Assembly (NCBI RefSeq): GCF_006345805.1
Contig: NC_042998.1
Coordinates: forward strand, 84,196,001-84,260,000
Direction of reading: 5' to 3'
Source of the DNA: Octopus sinensis
Lineage: Eukaryota
Length of the DNA stretch: 64,000 nucleotides
In this document: piece after piece, positions 50,601 through 61,384 of the stretch
Numbering within the stretch: position 1 is the first letter of the stretch
Layout: the number at the start of each line of letters is the position of its first letter
Notes under the pieces: generated by a model
Database searches by the model: none
What the model saw: the letters and a program-made list of their open reading frames with translations, nothing else
What the model was told of the DNA's origin: nothing
Position numbers and translations under genes: made by a program

Positions 50601-53600
50601 CTCAGTAAATACTTGTGTATGTTATTAATTTTAATTGAAAAAAATAAACATAACTGTCCAATTTAACTAGATTTTTGCTTCATCAATAATAATGTTGCTA
50701 TTTTCAGGATCCATCTGTACCCAGTGCCAATAAAGAACAACTTGGACATTTACTAATACAGGTGAAGTGTATTATAATTTGTTTACTAATATGTATGTGT
50801 GTGTGTGTGTGTGCCAACATGGAATATGGATGTTAAATGATGATGATATAAGTATGTATGCACTCATCTCTGTTTGCATGTGTGTGTGTGTGTGTGTGTG
50901 TGGCTGTTTACTCCTACCAGTGGAGTATATTACATTTTATTAATGTGTCCTGTGTGTGTAACAATTTATTAATAAAGATTAATCTATTGATGTGCATGTG
51001 GTGATACAGAAGAACTATATTTTATATATTTATGTATATACACCAGTATAATGTGTGTGTGCTTGTGTGTGTGTGTGCCTGTGTGTGTGCGCGATCTGGG
51101 TGAAGCCAACTCCAAGTGCAATAACTTCATGCACAGGCATTGCATGGACAATAGTCAGTGATGGTCTTCCTTGGTCACAAGTGGACAGCCATCATATCTC
51201 TCTCTATATAAACGGCAGTTTGTCTGTGTGTGTTTCTGTGTGTCTGTTTGGTTGTACCCTCACCCTGACCACGGCTTTCAACCAATTCTGATGAAACTTG
51301 ACACACACATAGCCCAATGTCATAATTCAAAACTGACGCAGCGAAAATTTTGAAAAGTTCCCTCAGTTCTGAAAAAAATCGATAAATTCGACATGGGGTC
51401 GAGAATCAGAAACACAAACCACAGACTGTCTAGGGGACGCAACTCGACCTTTTTTAACTCTCAAAAAAAATTTACCATAATTTTTTTTCCATTTTTTTGT
51501 TATTTTTTGGCTATAACTCTCTAAAAATGCTTTATAGTTATTTCCCTTACAAACCTGAGCAACGCCGGGCGATACTGCTAGTATTTAAATAAACCATAAT
51601 ATATACTACTACAACAAAGATTGTTGGTCTTCTCTATTGTGTGTATTATGTGATGATGGACTGTTAAATGTATCGTGACATTATGATGGATCAGACTTGT
51701 TTTATTTATTCTGACTTTGAAAAATGGATATAAAATGATGATGATGTATCAATAAGATCAATATAGTCGTGTCTGTATGTGTGTGTATTGATTGAAATAT
51801 GGCTTCAGTCTTGCATACAATAAATAACAAAATCAATTTTCATCGTCATACTTCTGCTGTTTTGGTAAAAGTAAAAGCTCACAAAAAAGAAAAATAAGAC
51901 CCATCCACCAAAGCTAACTTGAAAAGCAAACATGACAAAGTGAAAGAAATCTGCAACAGTGAAGTCTTTCTCTGATATTCTGTAATAAATATATTTATTT
52001 TGGGCATTGCTTTGCAGTCTTCCTGTATAGAAAATCCACTTTGTGACTACTTTATTTTGACTGATCAAAAGAAATCATTTTATGTATTGTTGTCCAGTCC
52101 CAAATCAGTTGTTAGTGAGTAGGCTTAGGATCAAACATTCCAGCCATGACCATCCATGATTTTTGGTGGGTACATAGGACTACATTTAGTAGTCCATGAT
52201 TCTTGGTGGATATAATTCTAATATCCACATTTCCATGCTTGCATGGGTGAGATGGTGTTTGCTAAGGCAGATTTTTTTACAGTTGGATGCCCCTCCTGTC
52301 ACCAACCCTCACGTGTTTCAAAATAAGATATTTCCTCATGGCCAGGCGTTTACATAGAAGATTAGAGACCAACAATGCCACCTGTATAACAATGATGCTC
52401 ATCTACAGCTGCCATGCAATGTCAAGACAAAGTGGGAACACACACTCACCGCCAGCTTCTTTCAGTTTCTGTCTACCACCAGATTCACTCATAAGGCTTT
52501 GGTTGGTTCAAAGTTATAGTAGAAGACACTTGTCTGAAACTGCATGGTGGCAAAGCAAGCTTCTTAATCCCACAGCTTTGTATATGATTTACATCTATAT
52601 AAAAGCATCGGATGTGGTGTGCAGGAGAGACGTTTGCGCTGGTATGGTCATGTACTAAGGATGGATGAGGAAAGATGTGTGAAGAAGTGCCACTCCCAAA
52701 CAGTTGAAGGAATCCGGGGTAGAGGTAGACCCAGGAAGACATGGGATGAGGTGCTCAAGCATGACCTTCAAACATTGGGCCTCAGAGAGGCAATGACAAA
52801 AGACTGAGATCTCTGGAGATATGCTGTGACTGCGAAGACCCGACAAATAAAGGGAGTTCAAGGCTGTATCCTACACCAGCTTCACACAACCAGCCCCAGC
52901 CCATTCAAACTACCTTGGATCACAGGATGGCCTGCTGTGCTTGAGGAGACCTATTAAGTCAAGTACATTAACATCAAAATAAAAATCAAATGGAAATTGT
53001 AGTTGTGATACTCGTGCCAGTGGCAACTAAAAAACACCACCTGAACGTGGCCGATACCAGCGCCACCTTAACTGGCGTCCGTGCCAGTGGCACGTAAAAA
53101 GCATCAACCAATTGTGGACATTGCCAGCCTCCTCTGGCCCCTGTGCCGGTGGCACGTAAAAAGCACCCACAACACTCGGAATGGTTGGCATCCAGCTGTA
53201 GAAACACTGCCAGATCAGACTGGAGCCTGGTGCAGCCTCCTGGCTTCCCAGACCCCAATTGAACCATCCAACCCATGCTAGCATGGAAAACGGACACTGA
53301 ACAATGATGATGATGATACGTATATACCCACATGTATAATTTAGCTACCAGTGATATATCTTAGTAATGTGAATCAATTATATTCTCTATTACATTTTTT
53401 TTGTATTGTTTCATAGAAGAAATATATTGATAAACTGTTGTATTTGTTTCAATTTTGTTTATTTTTAATAATTTACCTGCACTTTTTTTCTTTTTTTTAT
53501 ATAAATAGTTAACTGCATGTCTACGGAATTTAGTAGATGCTAGCAGCAGCCGACAGCGACTTCTCGCATGTGAGCTTATTCCAGCTTTGAGTACAGCTAT

Positions 53601-53654
53601 GGAGCTTAATTTGGATGATGGGGACCTAATCCTTAATATATCCAGAATATATAG
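18797..53654 (+). CDS. ARMC2: Armadillo repeat-containing protein 2, 5' part (11 coding exons, ~430 codons; 3' end outside the window)
   Basis: The exons have AG/GT boundaries and compatible phases, giving 1289 coding nt with no stop. Motifs PFY..TSADII.DA...R..TKRPFTP, SRPVSGTRLSP, KNLLSTCKLVFKVSRNEQND and GHLLIQLTACLRNLVD match recalled ARMC2 sequence. Confidence 0.88.
20210..20893. repeat. Complex CT-rich minisatellite (19-23 nt units such as CACTCTCTTTCTCTCTCTCTT)
   Basis: Read directly. It is the source of the spurious long low-complexity ORFs at 20186-21044. Confidence 0.95.
20894..21602 (+). mobile_element. 5'-truncated Tx1/L1-clade LINE (ORF2 C-terminus plus 3' UTR)
   Basis: Translates as KSLAWQCYRGALPVRDKLFRHG...CARC...ETVLHAIVQC (zf-RVT-like). 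One frameshift near 21060 and a TAA at 21189. Ends AATAAAGAAATA, with a 16-bp candidate TSD at 20878-20893 and 21603-21618. Confidence 0.8.
22128..22335 (+). mobile_element. Degenerate 3' end of a CRE-like (restriction-like endonuclease) non-LTR element
   Basis: Frameshifted translation YQFVPV..VETSGIVG....FLHRIG......NEPR...W resembles the C-terminal P.AVETLG..G...QRGNA region of CRE-clade ORFs. Confidence 0.45.
22525..22597 (+). CDS. ARMC2: ARMC2 coding exon B (IGSRHFEGWESRPVSGTRLSPINN)
   Basis: TTTTAAG acceptor, GTAAGT donor, phase 2 in / 0 out. Confidence 0.9.
23800..24215 (-). mobile_element. Old CR1/L2/Jockey-group LINE relic
   Basis: LLILYKAQMWPTMEH*FHI*DGA...DCIQKRA...PLNNRYAVSSL matches the post-RT motif LYKAQIRP.MEYCSHIW. 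Several stops. Confidence 0.6.
24640..25117 (+). mobile_element. RTE-LINE 3' UTR fragment with internal ~60-bp tandem units and (GAT)n tail
   Basis: Same sequence family as the 3' UTR of the coding RTE copy at 52601-53317. Similar copies lie near 33070-33273, 49620-49935, 54040-54388 and 56960-57312. Confidence 0.7.
25428..26242 (-). mobile_element. 5'-truncated RTE-clade LINE
   Basis: The minus strand reads ...CGVQERRLHWYGQVLQMDEDSCVKKCH...GRSRPRKTWDEVLKHDL..., then the 3' UTR and (GAT)n tail. The 5' end abuts (TA)n. Confidence 0.85.
27436..27568 (+). CDS. ARMC2: ARMC2 coding exon C (PPALNAESEPKFLPPKPPPEE...GSEGS)
   Basis: TTACAG acceptor, GTTAGA donor, phase 0 in / 1 out. PKPP motif as in the recalled vertebrate protein. 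Confidence 0.75.
28745..29133 (+). mobile_element. tRNA-derived SINE (family S1), left parent of the duplication
   Basis: A/B-box-like head (GGTTCAGTCCC), conserved CCAAAGCCTTGTGAGTGGATTTGGTAGACGGAAACTGAAAGAAGCCC-type core, central (TA/TG)n, and tail ...AAATGACTGAAACAA. Confidence 0.75.
29286..29361 (+). CDS. ARMC2: ARMC2 coding exon D, copy 1 (KVRRNKETRDGKDKTQASKRATSE)
   Basis: CTTCAG acceptor and GTAAGT donor, 76 nt. Only the phase 1 in / 2 out frame is open, which is exactly what bridges exon C to exon E. Confidence 0.7.
29482..29864 (+). mobile_element. Chimeric S1 SINE at the duplication junction
   Basis: The 5' part is identical to the SINE at 30213-30596 and the 3' part is identical to the SINE at 28745-29133. 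The switch occurs within GTTTGGCAAAA. Confidence 0.85.
30017..30092 (+). CDS. ARMC2: ARMC2 coding exon D, copy 2 (identical)
   Basis: Same splice sites and sequence as 29286-29361. Confidence 0.65.
30213..30596 (+). mobile_element. tRNA-derived SINE (family S1), right parent of the duplication
   Basis: Same architecture as 28745-29133, with a diverged sequence. Confidence 0.75.
31635..31699 (+). CDS. ARMC2: ARMC2 coding exon E (VVNEDEHINQDGSKQHLVNTD)
   Basis: TTACAG acceptor and GTAAGT donor. Phase 2 in / 1 out links D to F. It is a poorly conserved linker, so support is mainly splice sites and phase. Confidence 0.65.
31798..32123 (+). mobile_element. tRNA-derived SINE (family S3); second copy at 55796-56115
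   Basis: A/B-box-like head followed by TTGTGTCCTTGAGCAAGACACTTTA. Two dispersed similar copies. Confidence 0.65.
32215..32301 (+). CDS. ARMC2: ARMC2 coding exon F (INEEITEESSFFDLNINPLLDNLFYHKE)
   Basis: TTTGCAG acceptor and GTAGGT donor at 32302, phase 1/1. Aligns with recalled EVFWNTRIVPILREL. Confidence 0.8.
32332..32528 (-). mobile_element. SINE family S2 copy flanked by (TAA)n on both sides
   Basis: A diverged reverse-complement of the 55242-55640 family. (AAT)n at 32314-32331 and (TAA)n at 32529-32543. Confidence 0.65.
34533..34708 (+). CDS. ARMC2: ARMC2 coding exon G (KAADQIC...SMAEIILA)
   Basis: TTACGCAG acceptor, GTAAGT donor, phase 1/0. RSTILKAVFKLLD matches recalled RSILLKTLCKLVD. 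Confidence 0.92.
34876..35275 (-). mobile_element. Penelope-like element fragment: ORF N-terminus plus pseudo-LTR with decayed hammerhead core
   Basis: The minus strand encodes ...LHQKLACLSNHLTFLCRCRLSKLIPPGL (PLE N-terminal HLxFL.RC...LIP.GL motif). It also has CTGAAGA...GAAAT at 34933-34965 and 25-nt terminal direct repeats. Confidence 0.6.
35290..35760 (+). repeat. Unclassified interspersed repeat ending in an (ATT)n/(ATC)n tail
   Basis: Retroposon-like simple-repeat tail and no ORF. Recognised only as a likely repeat; no second copy was seen in this window. Confidence 0.35.
35842..35944 (+). CDS. ARMC2: ARMC2 coding exon H (FRVTGKNLLSTCKLVFKVSRNEQNDPLFLKGHIL)
   Basis: TTCTAG acceptor, GTATTA donor, phase 0/1. 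Strong match to recalled KNLLNVCKLIFKISRNEKND. Confidence 0.93.
37560..38120 (-). mobile_element. Old RTE-like LINE relic
   Basis: The minus strand gives degraded ...GGCSESLVARVRKRW..FKEAL... resembling the RTE post-RT region. Many stops. Confidence 0.4.
38415..38852 (+). mobile_element. SINE with S1 head/core but RTE-type 3' tail (similar copies near 14587-14998 +, 41032-41452 -, 52226-52570 -, 56548-56890 +)
   Basis: S1 head and core, then a different body ending ...GGAAAGGCATCCAG...AAACAACGATAATGATGAT like the RTE 3' end. Confidence 0.6.
38959..39131 (+). CDS. ARMC2: ARMC2 coding exon I (QLLQVVPISDPVSCSEALTYCVGTLKLLSGN...INLT)
   Basis: TTTCAG acceptor, GTAAGT donor, phase 1/0. EALTYCVGTLKLLSGN matches recalled EAFLYCMGSIKFISGN. 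Confidence 0.93.
40165..40384. mobile_element. piggyBac-like MITE (220 bp)
   Basis: TTAA on both sides (40161-40164 and 40385-40388), with CCCT...AGGG termini. Confidence 0.7.
42054..42426 (+). mobile_element. S1 SINE (another full-length copy at 60092-60480)
   Basis: Same head, core and tail as 28745-29133. Confidence 0.75.
42445..42839 (-). mobile_element. Non-autonomous Helitron (type B1, 395 bp)
   Basis: On the minus strand: A|TCTTTATATATAAAAG ... CCCGAGCAACGCCGGG hairpin ... CTAG|T. No TSD. Confidence 0.8.
43002..43258. repeat. Imperfect palindrome: 117/119-bp arms, 21-nt spacer (duplicate at 44639-44895)
   Basis: 43002-43118 is the reverse complement of 43140-43258, with 5 substitutions and one 2-nt indel. 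Confidence 0.95.
43966..44237 (-). mobile_element. Helitron-like 5' segment (type C); copies end at 44237, 45876 and 48116
   Basis: A|TCTCTTATTATAAAAGGCAG start resembles the other Helitron 5' ends. The ~270-bp body is shared with 47848-48116. No matching 3' hairpin/CTAG was found. Confidence 0.5.
46208..46866 (-). mobile_element. Non-autonomous Helitron (type B2, 659 bp) with internal repeats and an extra segment
   Basis: A|TCTATATATATAAAAC ... same hairpin and CTAG|T as 42445-42839. Three copies of an AAAATGCATT...ATCGTAGAC module. Confidence 0.8.
46875..47316 (-). mobile_element. Mariner transposase relic
   Basis: The minus strand reads SLEDEP...VEELAEKLGFGHSTIH*DLCAIGKVSKLGQWVPHELSESN. 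WVPHEL is at 46945-46962. Confidence 0.85.
50708..50761 (+). CDS. ARMC2: ARMC2 coding exon J (DPSVPSANKEQLGHLLIQ)
   Basis: TTTTCAG acceptor, GTGAAG donor, phase 0/0. GHLLIQ matches recalled GHLLVQ. Confidence 0.88.
51197..51581 (+). mobile_element. Non-autonomous Helitron (type A, 385 bp)
   Basis: A|TCTCTCTCTATATAAACGGCAG ... CCTGAGCAACGCCGGG ... CTAG|T. Confidence 0.8.
52601..53317 (+). mobile_element. 5'-truncated RTE-clade LINE (ORF C-terminus, 3' UTR, (GAT)n tail)
   Basis: VQERRLRWYGHVLRMDEERCVKK...GRGRPRKTWDEVLKHDL is the RTE C-terminal signature. Confidence 0.88.
53509..53654 (+). CDS. ARMC2: ARMC2 coding exon K (LTACLRNLVDASSSRQRLL...LILNISRIY), phase 2 out
   Basis: AAATAG acceptor after a T-rich tract, GTGAAA donor. 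Matches recalled VTATLRNLVD...NIARIFS. Confidence 0.92.
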
Positions 53655-55241
53655 GTGAAAAACTTTTTATTTTACCTTAATTACTGTTGTATTGATTCTT
53701 AAATTTTAATCATTTCTTTCATACTTTAGCCACTGAACACTTGGCAAAACACCTTCTTCCTCAATACTACACCCAACTCTTTCAGGGAATTTTGTCTTGT
53801 AAATTACATGGAGACCATGGAAAAAAAAAAAGCACCCTCTACACTCTGTAAAGTGTTTGGTATTAGGAAGGGCATCCAGCTGTAGAAAATTTCCAAACCA
53901 GACATTGGAGTCTGGCCCATACCAGCATGGAATATGGACACTAAAAGATGATGATAACAGCATTAGAAGTTTATAGTTAAACTATATTTTATAATGTATT
54001 AAAGTTTTACTTTTTTGAAACTATCAAAGCATCAACCAATTGTGACTGATGCCAGTACCCCTTGATTGGCTCCTTTTACGGTGGCATGTAAAATGCACCA
54101 TCCAAACGTGTTCCATGCCAGTACCCCCAGACTGGCTCCTGTGCTGGTAGCATGTAGAAAGCACCATCTGATCGTGATCGTTACCAAGCCCGCCTTACTG
54201 GCTCCTGTGCCGGTGGCATGTTAAAAGCACCCATTACACTCTTGGAGTGGTTGGCATTAGGAAGGGCATCCAACTGTAGAAACTCTGCCAGACTAGATTG
54301 GAGCCTGGTGCAGCCGCTGGCTCTTCAGACCTCAGTCAAACTATCCAACCCATGCCAGCATGGAAAACGGATGTTAAGTGATGATGATGAAAATATGGAC
54401 TGAGTACTTAACCCATCATTCCACTGGTAATGGCTTTAATCTGCATAAAATCCATCTTCTTATAAGCCTAATATGAATACTGCAAGTTAACAAAATACTT
54501 CTTCATTATACAGTGCTCTTGCTATTCACAATAACAAACTGACTTTGAAATAATAGTTAACTTATTGTGAACATATGTAATGCTGAGAGTTTCACAAAGG
54601 TAGCTAACAAAAAAATAGTGTATTGAAGTAAACACAATGTTAGTTATTGATTGAATCAACTCCACACATGTTTCAGTGTTATTAGACCTCTTCAGCTGAG
54701 TAAAGATTTCGTTATGCATGCCAAAGTCTTTCATTCCTTGAACCCTCAGCTTCTCATAGTAAAGGTGTCATTGTGACATGCTGCATCTTGGCATTTTATA
54801 TCTGGCAGAGCCTATTCTTCTCCAGCTCTAAACACAGCCAATTTCTTCTAGAAAGAGAGAGAGAAAGAAAAGCCATGTAAGGATTGCTCGCATTACAAAG
54901 AGTAGGTTATTTATAGACTCTAAAAGGATAAAAGGCAAAAATGACCCCAGAGTGCAGAGAGCTGAAGCAACTATCACAAGACATTTTCTAATGTCAACCC
55001 TCTAATGACTATCAACTCACCTCCATACTTGCCAGAGACATAATGAGAGAATGAGTAAATGCACAATAATATACACTTTTGTTGGCCTCCAGAATGTAAA
55101 TATATTAACAGGGAATAGAGGTCATCGACATGAAAACACATCAGTTTGTGTTTACATATTTAATGTGGGTATCATTAAAAAGCTAACTAGAATAAATTAT
55201 GCAACCACAAAAAAAATAAAGAAATCAATATTGATCATTAA

Positions 55242-55640
55242 GGCTGCAAGCTGGCAGAAACGTTAACACGCCAGGTGAAATGCTTAGCGGTATTTTGTCT
55301 GTCGTTACGTTGTGAGTTCAAATTCCGCTGAGGTAGACTTTGCCTTTCATCCTTTCGGGGTCGATAAATTAAGTACCAGTTACACACTGGGGTCGATGTA
55401 ATCGACTTAATACCTATGTCTGTCCTCGTTTGTCCCCCTCTGTGTTTAGCCCCTTGTGGGTAATAAAGAAATAGGTATTTCAACTGTCTTTACATTCTGA
55501 GTTCAAATTCTGCCGAGGTCAACTTTGCTTTTCATCCTTTTGGGGTCAATAAATTAAGTACTAGTTGCATACTGGGGGTCAATCTAATTGACTGGCCCCT
55601 CCCCAAAATATTTCAGGCCTTGTGTCTAGAGAAGTAAAGA
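55242..55640 (+). mobile_element. Young tRNA-derived SINE (family S2) followed by a partial second copy
   Basis: GAGTTCAAATTCC B-box-like motif and TTGCCTTTCATCCTTTCGGGGTCGATAAATTAAGTACCAG core. CpGs are retained. Confidence 0.7.
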
Positions 55641-58600
55641 ATATTGATTTGATTCTTTCTGCAAGTTTGTGTCTTTACAAGAGACACTGTCCAATGTGAA
55701 TGACAAGATACAAACTGCACTTTCTTCACAGCCTCAATGGCAAACTAAAGCATTTGGTTCTATCCATTAAAATAAAACTTATTTAACTGATTATAGTGAA
55801 GGTACATGATTAAGTGGTTAAGGTATTCAACTCCAGATTGTAAGGTGAGTTTGATACTCGGTAGCACATTATGTCCTTGAGCGAGACACTTTATTTCACA
55901 TTGCTCCAGTTCACTCAGCTAGCAGAAATAGGTTTCATTTCTATTTCAAAAAGCCAACCTTGTCACATTCTGTATCACTCTGAATCTCCATACGAACTAC
56001 ATTAAGTGTATGAATGTCTGTGGAGTGCTCAGCCACTTGGATGTTAATTTCATAAGCAGACTGCTCTGTTGATTGAATCAACTGGAACTCTTATTGTCGT
56101 AACTGGCAGTACCAGTTTATTTTTAGTAAAACAACCCTTAAATGACTCGGCTCTCATCAAATTCCCCACTTAAATATCCTCACCACCATTTGATGTTCAT
56201 ATTTTATGCTGGAATGGGTTGGATGGTTAGACAGGACCTGGAAAGCCAGAGGACTGTGTCAGGCACCATTGTCTGCTTTGATGACGTTTCTATGACTGGA
56301 TGCCCTTCCTAACACCAACCACTTTACAGAATGTACTTGGTACTCTTTACATGGTACTGGTACACACCTAAAATTTATCAGTTTCAATTCCTAGAAGTAT
56401 GCAAGCCTGATATAGGTGCCACCAACTTTATGAAAGTATTGCCGTCCTGAAAATCCTGCCTCTAATGTGGAATTCTATATCACTAATGTATTTCTTACTT
56501 ACTTCTATCTAACATGGAAATCAACTGAAAATAGGTCTTACATTACAGATGTGGCTGTGTGGTAAAAAGTTTGCTTCCCAACCACGTGGTTCCTTGAGCA
56601 AATGTCATCTACTACAGCCCTAGGCCAACCAAAGCCATGTGAATGGATTTGGTACATAGAAGCTGAAAGAAATTATTGTGTGTGCATATGTTACTGTTTC
56701 CTTGCCTTAACATTGTGTCAGTATCCTTCATTTCCAATCTTCCATGAAACATGCCTGGTCTTAGAGAATTATTATCTTACTTGGAAAAAGGTGAGGGTTG
56801 ACAACAAAAGCATGCAGCCATAGAAAATCTGCCTTTACAAAAATTCTATCCAACCCATGCAAGCCTAGAAAATTGGACATTATAACAATGTGATCCCTTA
56901 TCATTTCCGTAGTGAAGCCCAGCATCCAAAGATCCTTTCTCATATATAAATATACGCATGGGTCATTGCCAGTGCTACCTGACTGGCTCCCCATGCCTGT
57001 GGCGTGTAAAACGCACCATCTGAACATGGTCAATGCCAGTCCCTCCTCTCTGAGTTGCTCCTGTGCCGGTAGCACATAAAAGCACCATCCGAATGTGGCC
57101 GATGCCAGTGCCGCCTGACTGGCTCCCATGCTGGTGACACATAAAAAGCACCCACTACACTCTGAGTGGTTGGCATTAGGAAGGGCATCTTGCTGGAGAA
57201 ACCTTGCCAGATTAGATTGAAGCCTGGTGCGGCCTCCTGGCTTGCCAGTCGCCAGTCAAATCATCCAACCCATGCCAGCATGGAAAACAGATGTTAAACG
57301 ATGATAATGATGAGAATGAATTCCATATTATGGCAAATTTGCAGGAATGCAGCACTTGTGTAATGCTGAGTATGCCAGCATAGTCAAAGAAAGGTTCTTA
57401 TGTGTGGTAAAAAAATTATATTGTAAATATTGCCTAAAAGATATTGAGTTGGCTGAAACAATATCAAGTTTCATTCCTCTTTATTTTTATTTCAATGAAC
57501 AACCAGGATTAGTTGCTACCTTATATTCCACACCAGATGGATGAAAGGAAAATAAATGAAATGGAATGAGATAATTACCAACCATATATTGTGGTTGATC
57601 CAAATAACTATACAGCTTTGCTTCTGCAAAAAATTCTCATCTTCCACAGTCAAAAGGAATCAATATCGATTCTATTAAATAAAGAGAATATTGATCTTAG
57701 GTAACTGGGCAGATTTTATTGTTAATAGTTCTTTGTGTTTCTTATTTGTTCTGGGATTTTTTATTTATTTGATAACATTACATTAATATCTCTGTCTTTC
57801 AGTTTAGATCAATGAATCTCTAACTTTATAGCCCTTAATAAATTAAAACAGAAATTCACAACTCTCCCCTCCCTTTCTCTCTCTCACACATCGATTTCTT
57901 TATTCTTTGTATGAGCTTGTTCTATCCTGAATAACACAACAAATATCATTCTTTGGATTTACATTTGTACCTCCCATGAAGTTTCAACATATTACACACA
58001 CAGATAAAAAAAAAATTACGTAGAAGAATGATAAAGGAACACACAGAAAGATTGCACACAAAACACAGACATGCTCTTCCCTCACCTGTTGTTGTCCAAA
58101 AATCATAACAGTTTCAATATGAATATGTTATTTTAATTAAGTTCCTTAATATCCATGTTCACTTGTATCTTGTTTAAATTGTTTAACCTTAAATGGAAAC
58201 TGGAGTATTTACTATCTTGGTAATTCTTTACACACTAATATAACAAGGCACAAACCCCTCTCCCCTGCACCCTCCCCACCGAAAAGCAGGAAACAAACGA
58301 ATGAGCTTCTATGTAGTTGCTCGACCTGCTATCAATGGCAACCAAATCTCCCTCAAAACTTAAAAAAGAATGACACATTATTTAAAAGCTTGTCTGAAAC
58401 AAAACTGGAATAGTTATTAGTAAGAACACGTTTATTCCTGTCTGCTCAATGTACACGTGTGACAAACATCTCTCTAGAAAGCTGAATTAAAATAATATTG
58501 ATTGAATCAAAAGATTAGGTTTATCTGTTGAGATCAATGTGAGGCTTAAGGAACATATCTTTTACTTGTTTCAGTTATTCTACTCCAGCCATGCTGGAGC

Positions 58601-58926
58601 AGTGCTTTGAATGATTTAGTCAAACCAATCAACCCTTATACTTATCTAATTTTTTTTTAGTCTGATACTACTATCAGTATCTCTTTTGCTGTACCCCTAA
58701 GCAAACCAACACGGTAGTGAAATGGCGATAGGGAACAAGCTCAAACACAAAGACACATGCACCTGTGAGATATATATACAAGTGCAGGAGTGGCTGTGTG
58801 ATAAGTAGCTTGCTTACCAACCACCTGATTCCGGGTTCAGTCCTACTGCATGGGTTCAACCAAAGCCTTGTGAGTAGATTTGGTAAATGGAAACTGAAAG
58901 AAGCTCATCATATGCATTTATATATA

Positions 58927-58983
<57 letters not shown>

Positions 58984-58990
58984 TTATATA

Positions 58991-59836
58991 TAGTTTCTGC
59001 TACCTAGGTGACCAAGTTATTAGTGGAAGGTGGATGATCAGAGAGTGTCGCCACTATAATATGAATAGCCTGGGCAAAATTTAGAAAGCTCCTACCCCTA
59101 CAGGTGACAAAGAGTCTCTCGCTCAGAGTGAAAGGTAGATTGTATGATGCATGTGTACAAACTGCTATGCTTCACGGTAGTGAAACATGGGCTGTGACTG
59201 CAAAGACCCAAAATTAACGTGAGTCATGGCTGCTTCCTGCACCGGTTTCGCATAGCCCCAGCCCATCCAAAGTACCTTGGATTGCCGAACATCTGCTGTA
59301 CTTGAGACCTATTGAGTCAAGTACATCAACATCAAAATAAAAATCAAATGGAAATTGTAGTTGTGATACCTGTGCCGGTGGCATGTAAAAAGCACCATCT
59401 GAACGTGGGCGATGCCAGCGCCGCCTTGACTGGCTTCTGTGCCGGTGGCACGTGACCTACTGTGCTTGAGGAGATCTATTGAGTCAAGAACATCAACATC
59501 AAAATAAATATCAAATGGAAATTGTCGTTGTGATACCTGTGCCGGTGGCACGTAAAAAGCACCATCCAAATGTGGCCAATGCCAGCACCACCTTGACTTC
59601 TGTGCTGGTGGCACATAAAAAGCACCAACCGATCATGGCCACTGCCAGCCTCCCCTGGCATGTAAAAAGCACCCACTACACTCACGGAGTGGTTGGCGCT
59701 AGGAAGGGCATCCAGCTGTAGAAACACTGCCAGATCAGACTGGAGCCTGGTGCAGCCTCCTGGCTTCCCAGACCCCAGTCGAACCGTCCAACCCGTGCTA
59801 GTACGGAAAACAGATGTTAAACAATGATGATGATGA
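58991..59836 (+). mobile_element. RTE LINE copy with an internal deletion and a ~160-bp 3' UTR duplication
   Basis: SFCYLGD...AWAKFRKLLPL...RVKGRLYDACVQTAMLHGSETWAVT is joined directly to the ORF end. Repeat of 59295-59455 within the 3' UTR. Confidence 0.8.
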
Positions 59837-60498
59837 TATATATGCATGTATGTGTGTATATGTTTGTGTCTGTATTTGCTCCCCCAGCATCGCTTGACAA
59901 CTGATACTGCTGCATTTACATCCCCATAACTTAACAGTTCAGCAAAAGAGACTGATAGAATAAGTACTAGGCTTACAAAGAATAAATCTTGGTGTCAATT
60001 TGATCAACTAAAGGCAGTGCCCCAGCATGGCTGCAGCCAAATGACTGAAACAAGTAAAAGTATAAAAAGAAATAAATATATATATATATAAGCATAGGAA
60101 TGGCTTTGTGGTAAGTATAGCTTGCTTACAAACCACATGGTTCCGAGTTCAGTCCCACTGCATGGCACCTTGGGCAAGTGTCTCCTACAATAGCCTCTGG
60201 CCGACCAAAGCCTTGTGAGTGGATTTAGTAGACGGAAACTGAAAGAAGCCCATTGTATATATATGTGTGTGTGTGTGTGTGTTTATGTGTCTGTGTTTGT
60301 CCCCCCAACATCGTTTGACAACCAATACTGGTGTGTTTACGTCCCCATAACTTAGGAGTTTGGCAAAAGAGATCAATAGAATAAGTACTAGGCTTACAAA
60401 GAATAAGTCCTGGGGTTGAGTTGCTTGACTAAGGCAGTGCTCCAGCATGGCCACAGTCAAATGACTGAAACAAGTAAGAGTATATGTGTGTGTATATA

Positions 60499-60872
60499 TC
60501 TCTCTATATATAAACGGCAGTTTGTCTGTCTGCGTGTCTGTGAGGTTGTACCCTCACCCTGACCACGGCTTTCAACCGATTCTGTTGAAACTTGACACAC
60601 ATAGCCCAATGTCATAATTCAAAACTAACGCAGCGAAAATTTTGAAAAGTTCCCCCAATTCTGAAAAAAAATCGATAAATTCGACATGGGGTCGAGAATC
60701 AGAAACACAAACCACAGACTGTCTAGGGGGCGCAACTCGACTTTTTTAACTCTCAAAAAAATTTACCATAATTTTTTTTCCATTTTTTTGCTATTTTTTG
60801 GCTATAACTCTCTAAAAATGCTTTATAGTTATTTCCCTTACAAACCCGAGCAACGCCGGGCGATACTTCTAG
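60499..60872 (+). mobile_element. Non-autonomous Helitron (type A, 374 bp)
   Basis: A|TCTCTCTATATATAAACGGCAG ... CCCGAGCAACGCCGGG ... CTAG|T. Near-identical to 51197-51581. Confidence 0.82.
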
Positions 60873-61238
60873 TATATATATATGTGTGTGTGTGTGTGCA
60901 TTTATCTATTTTATGTATATATATTTATTTTATATATATATAAAAAGAAATATATATATATATATAATAAATAAATAAATAGATATACACGCACATATAT
61001 ATATATATCATCATCATTTAGCGTCCGTTTTCCATGCTAGCATAATAAATAAATAAATAGATATACACGCACATCATCATCATCATCATTAGCGTCCGTT
61101 TTCCATGCTAGCATGGGTTGGACGGTTCTACTGGGGTCTGTGAAGCCAGAAGGCTTCATCAGGCCCAGTCAAATCTGGCAGTGTTTCTACGGCTGGATGC
61201 CCTTCCTAACGCCAAGAATATATATATATAATATATAT

Positions 61239-61311
<73 letters not shown>

Positions 61312-61384
61312 TAAATAAATAAATAGATATACACGCATATATATATATATTATATATATATATATATAAATAAAAAGAAATATG

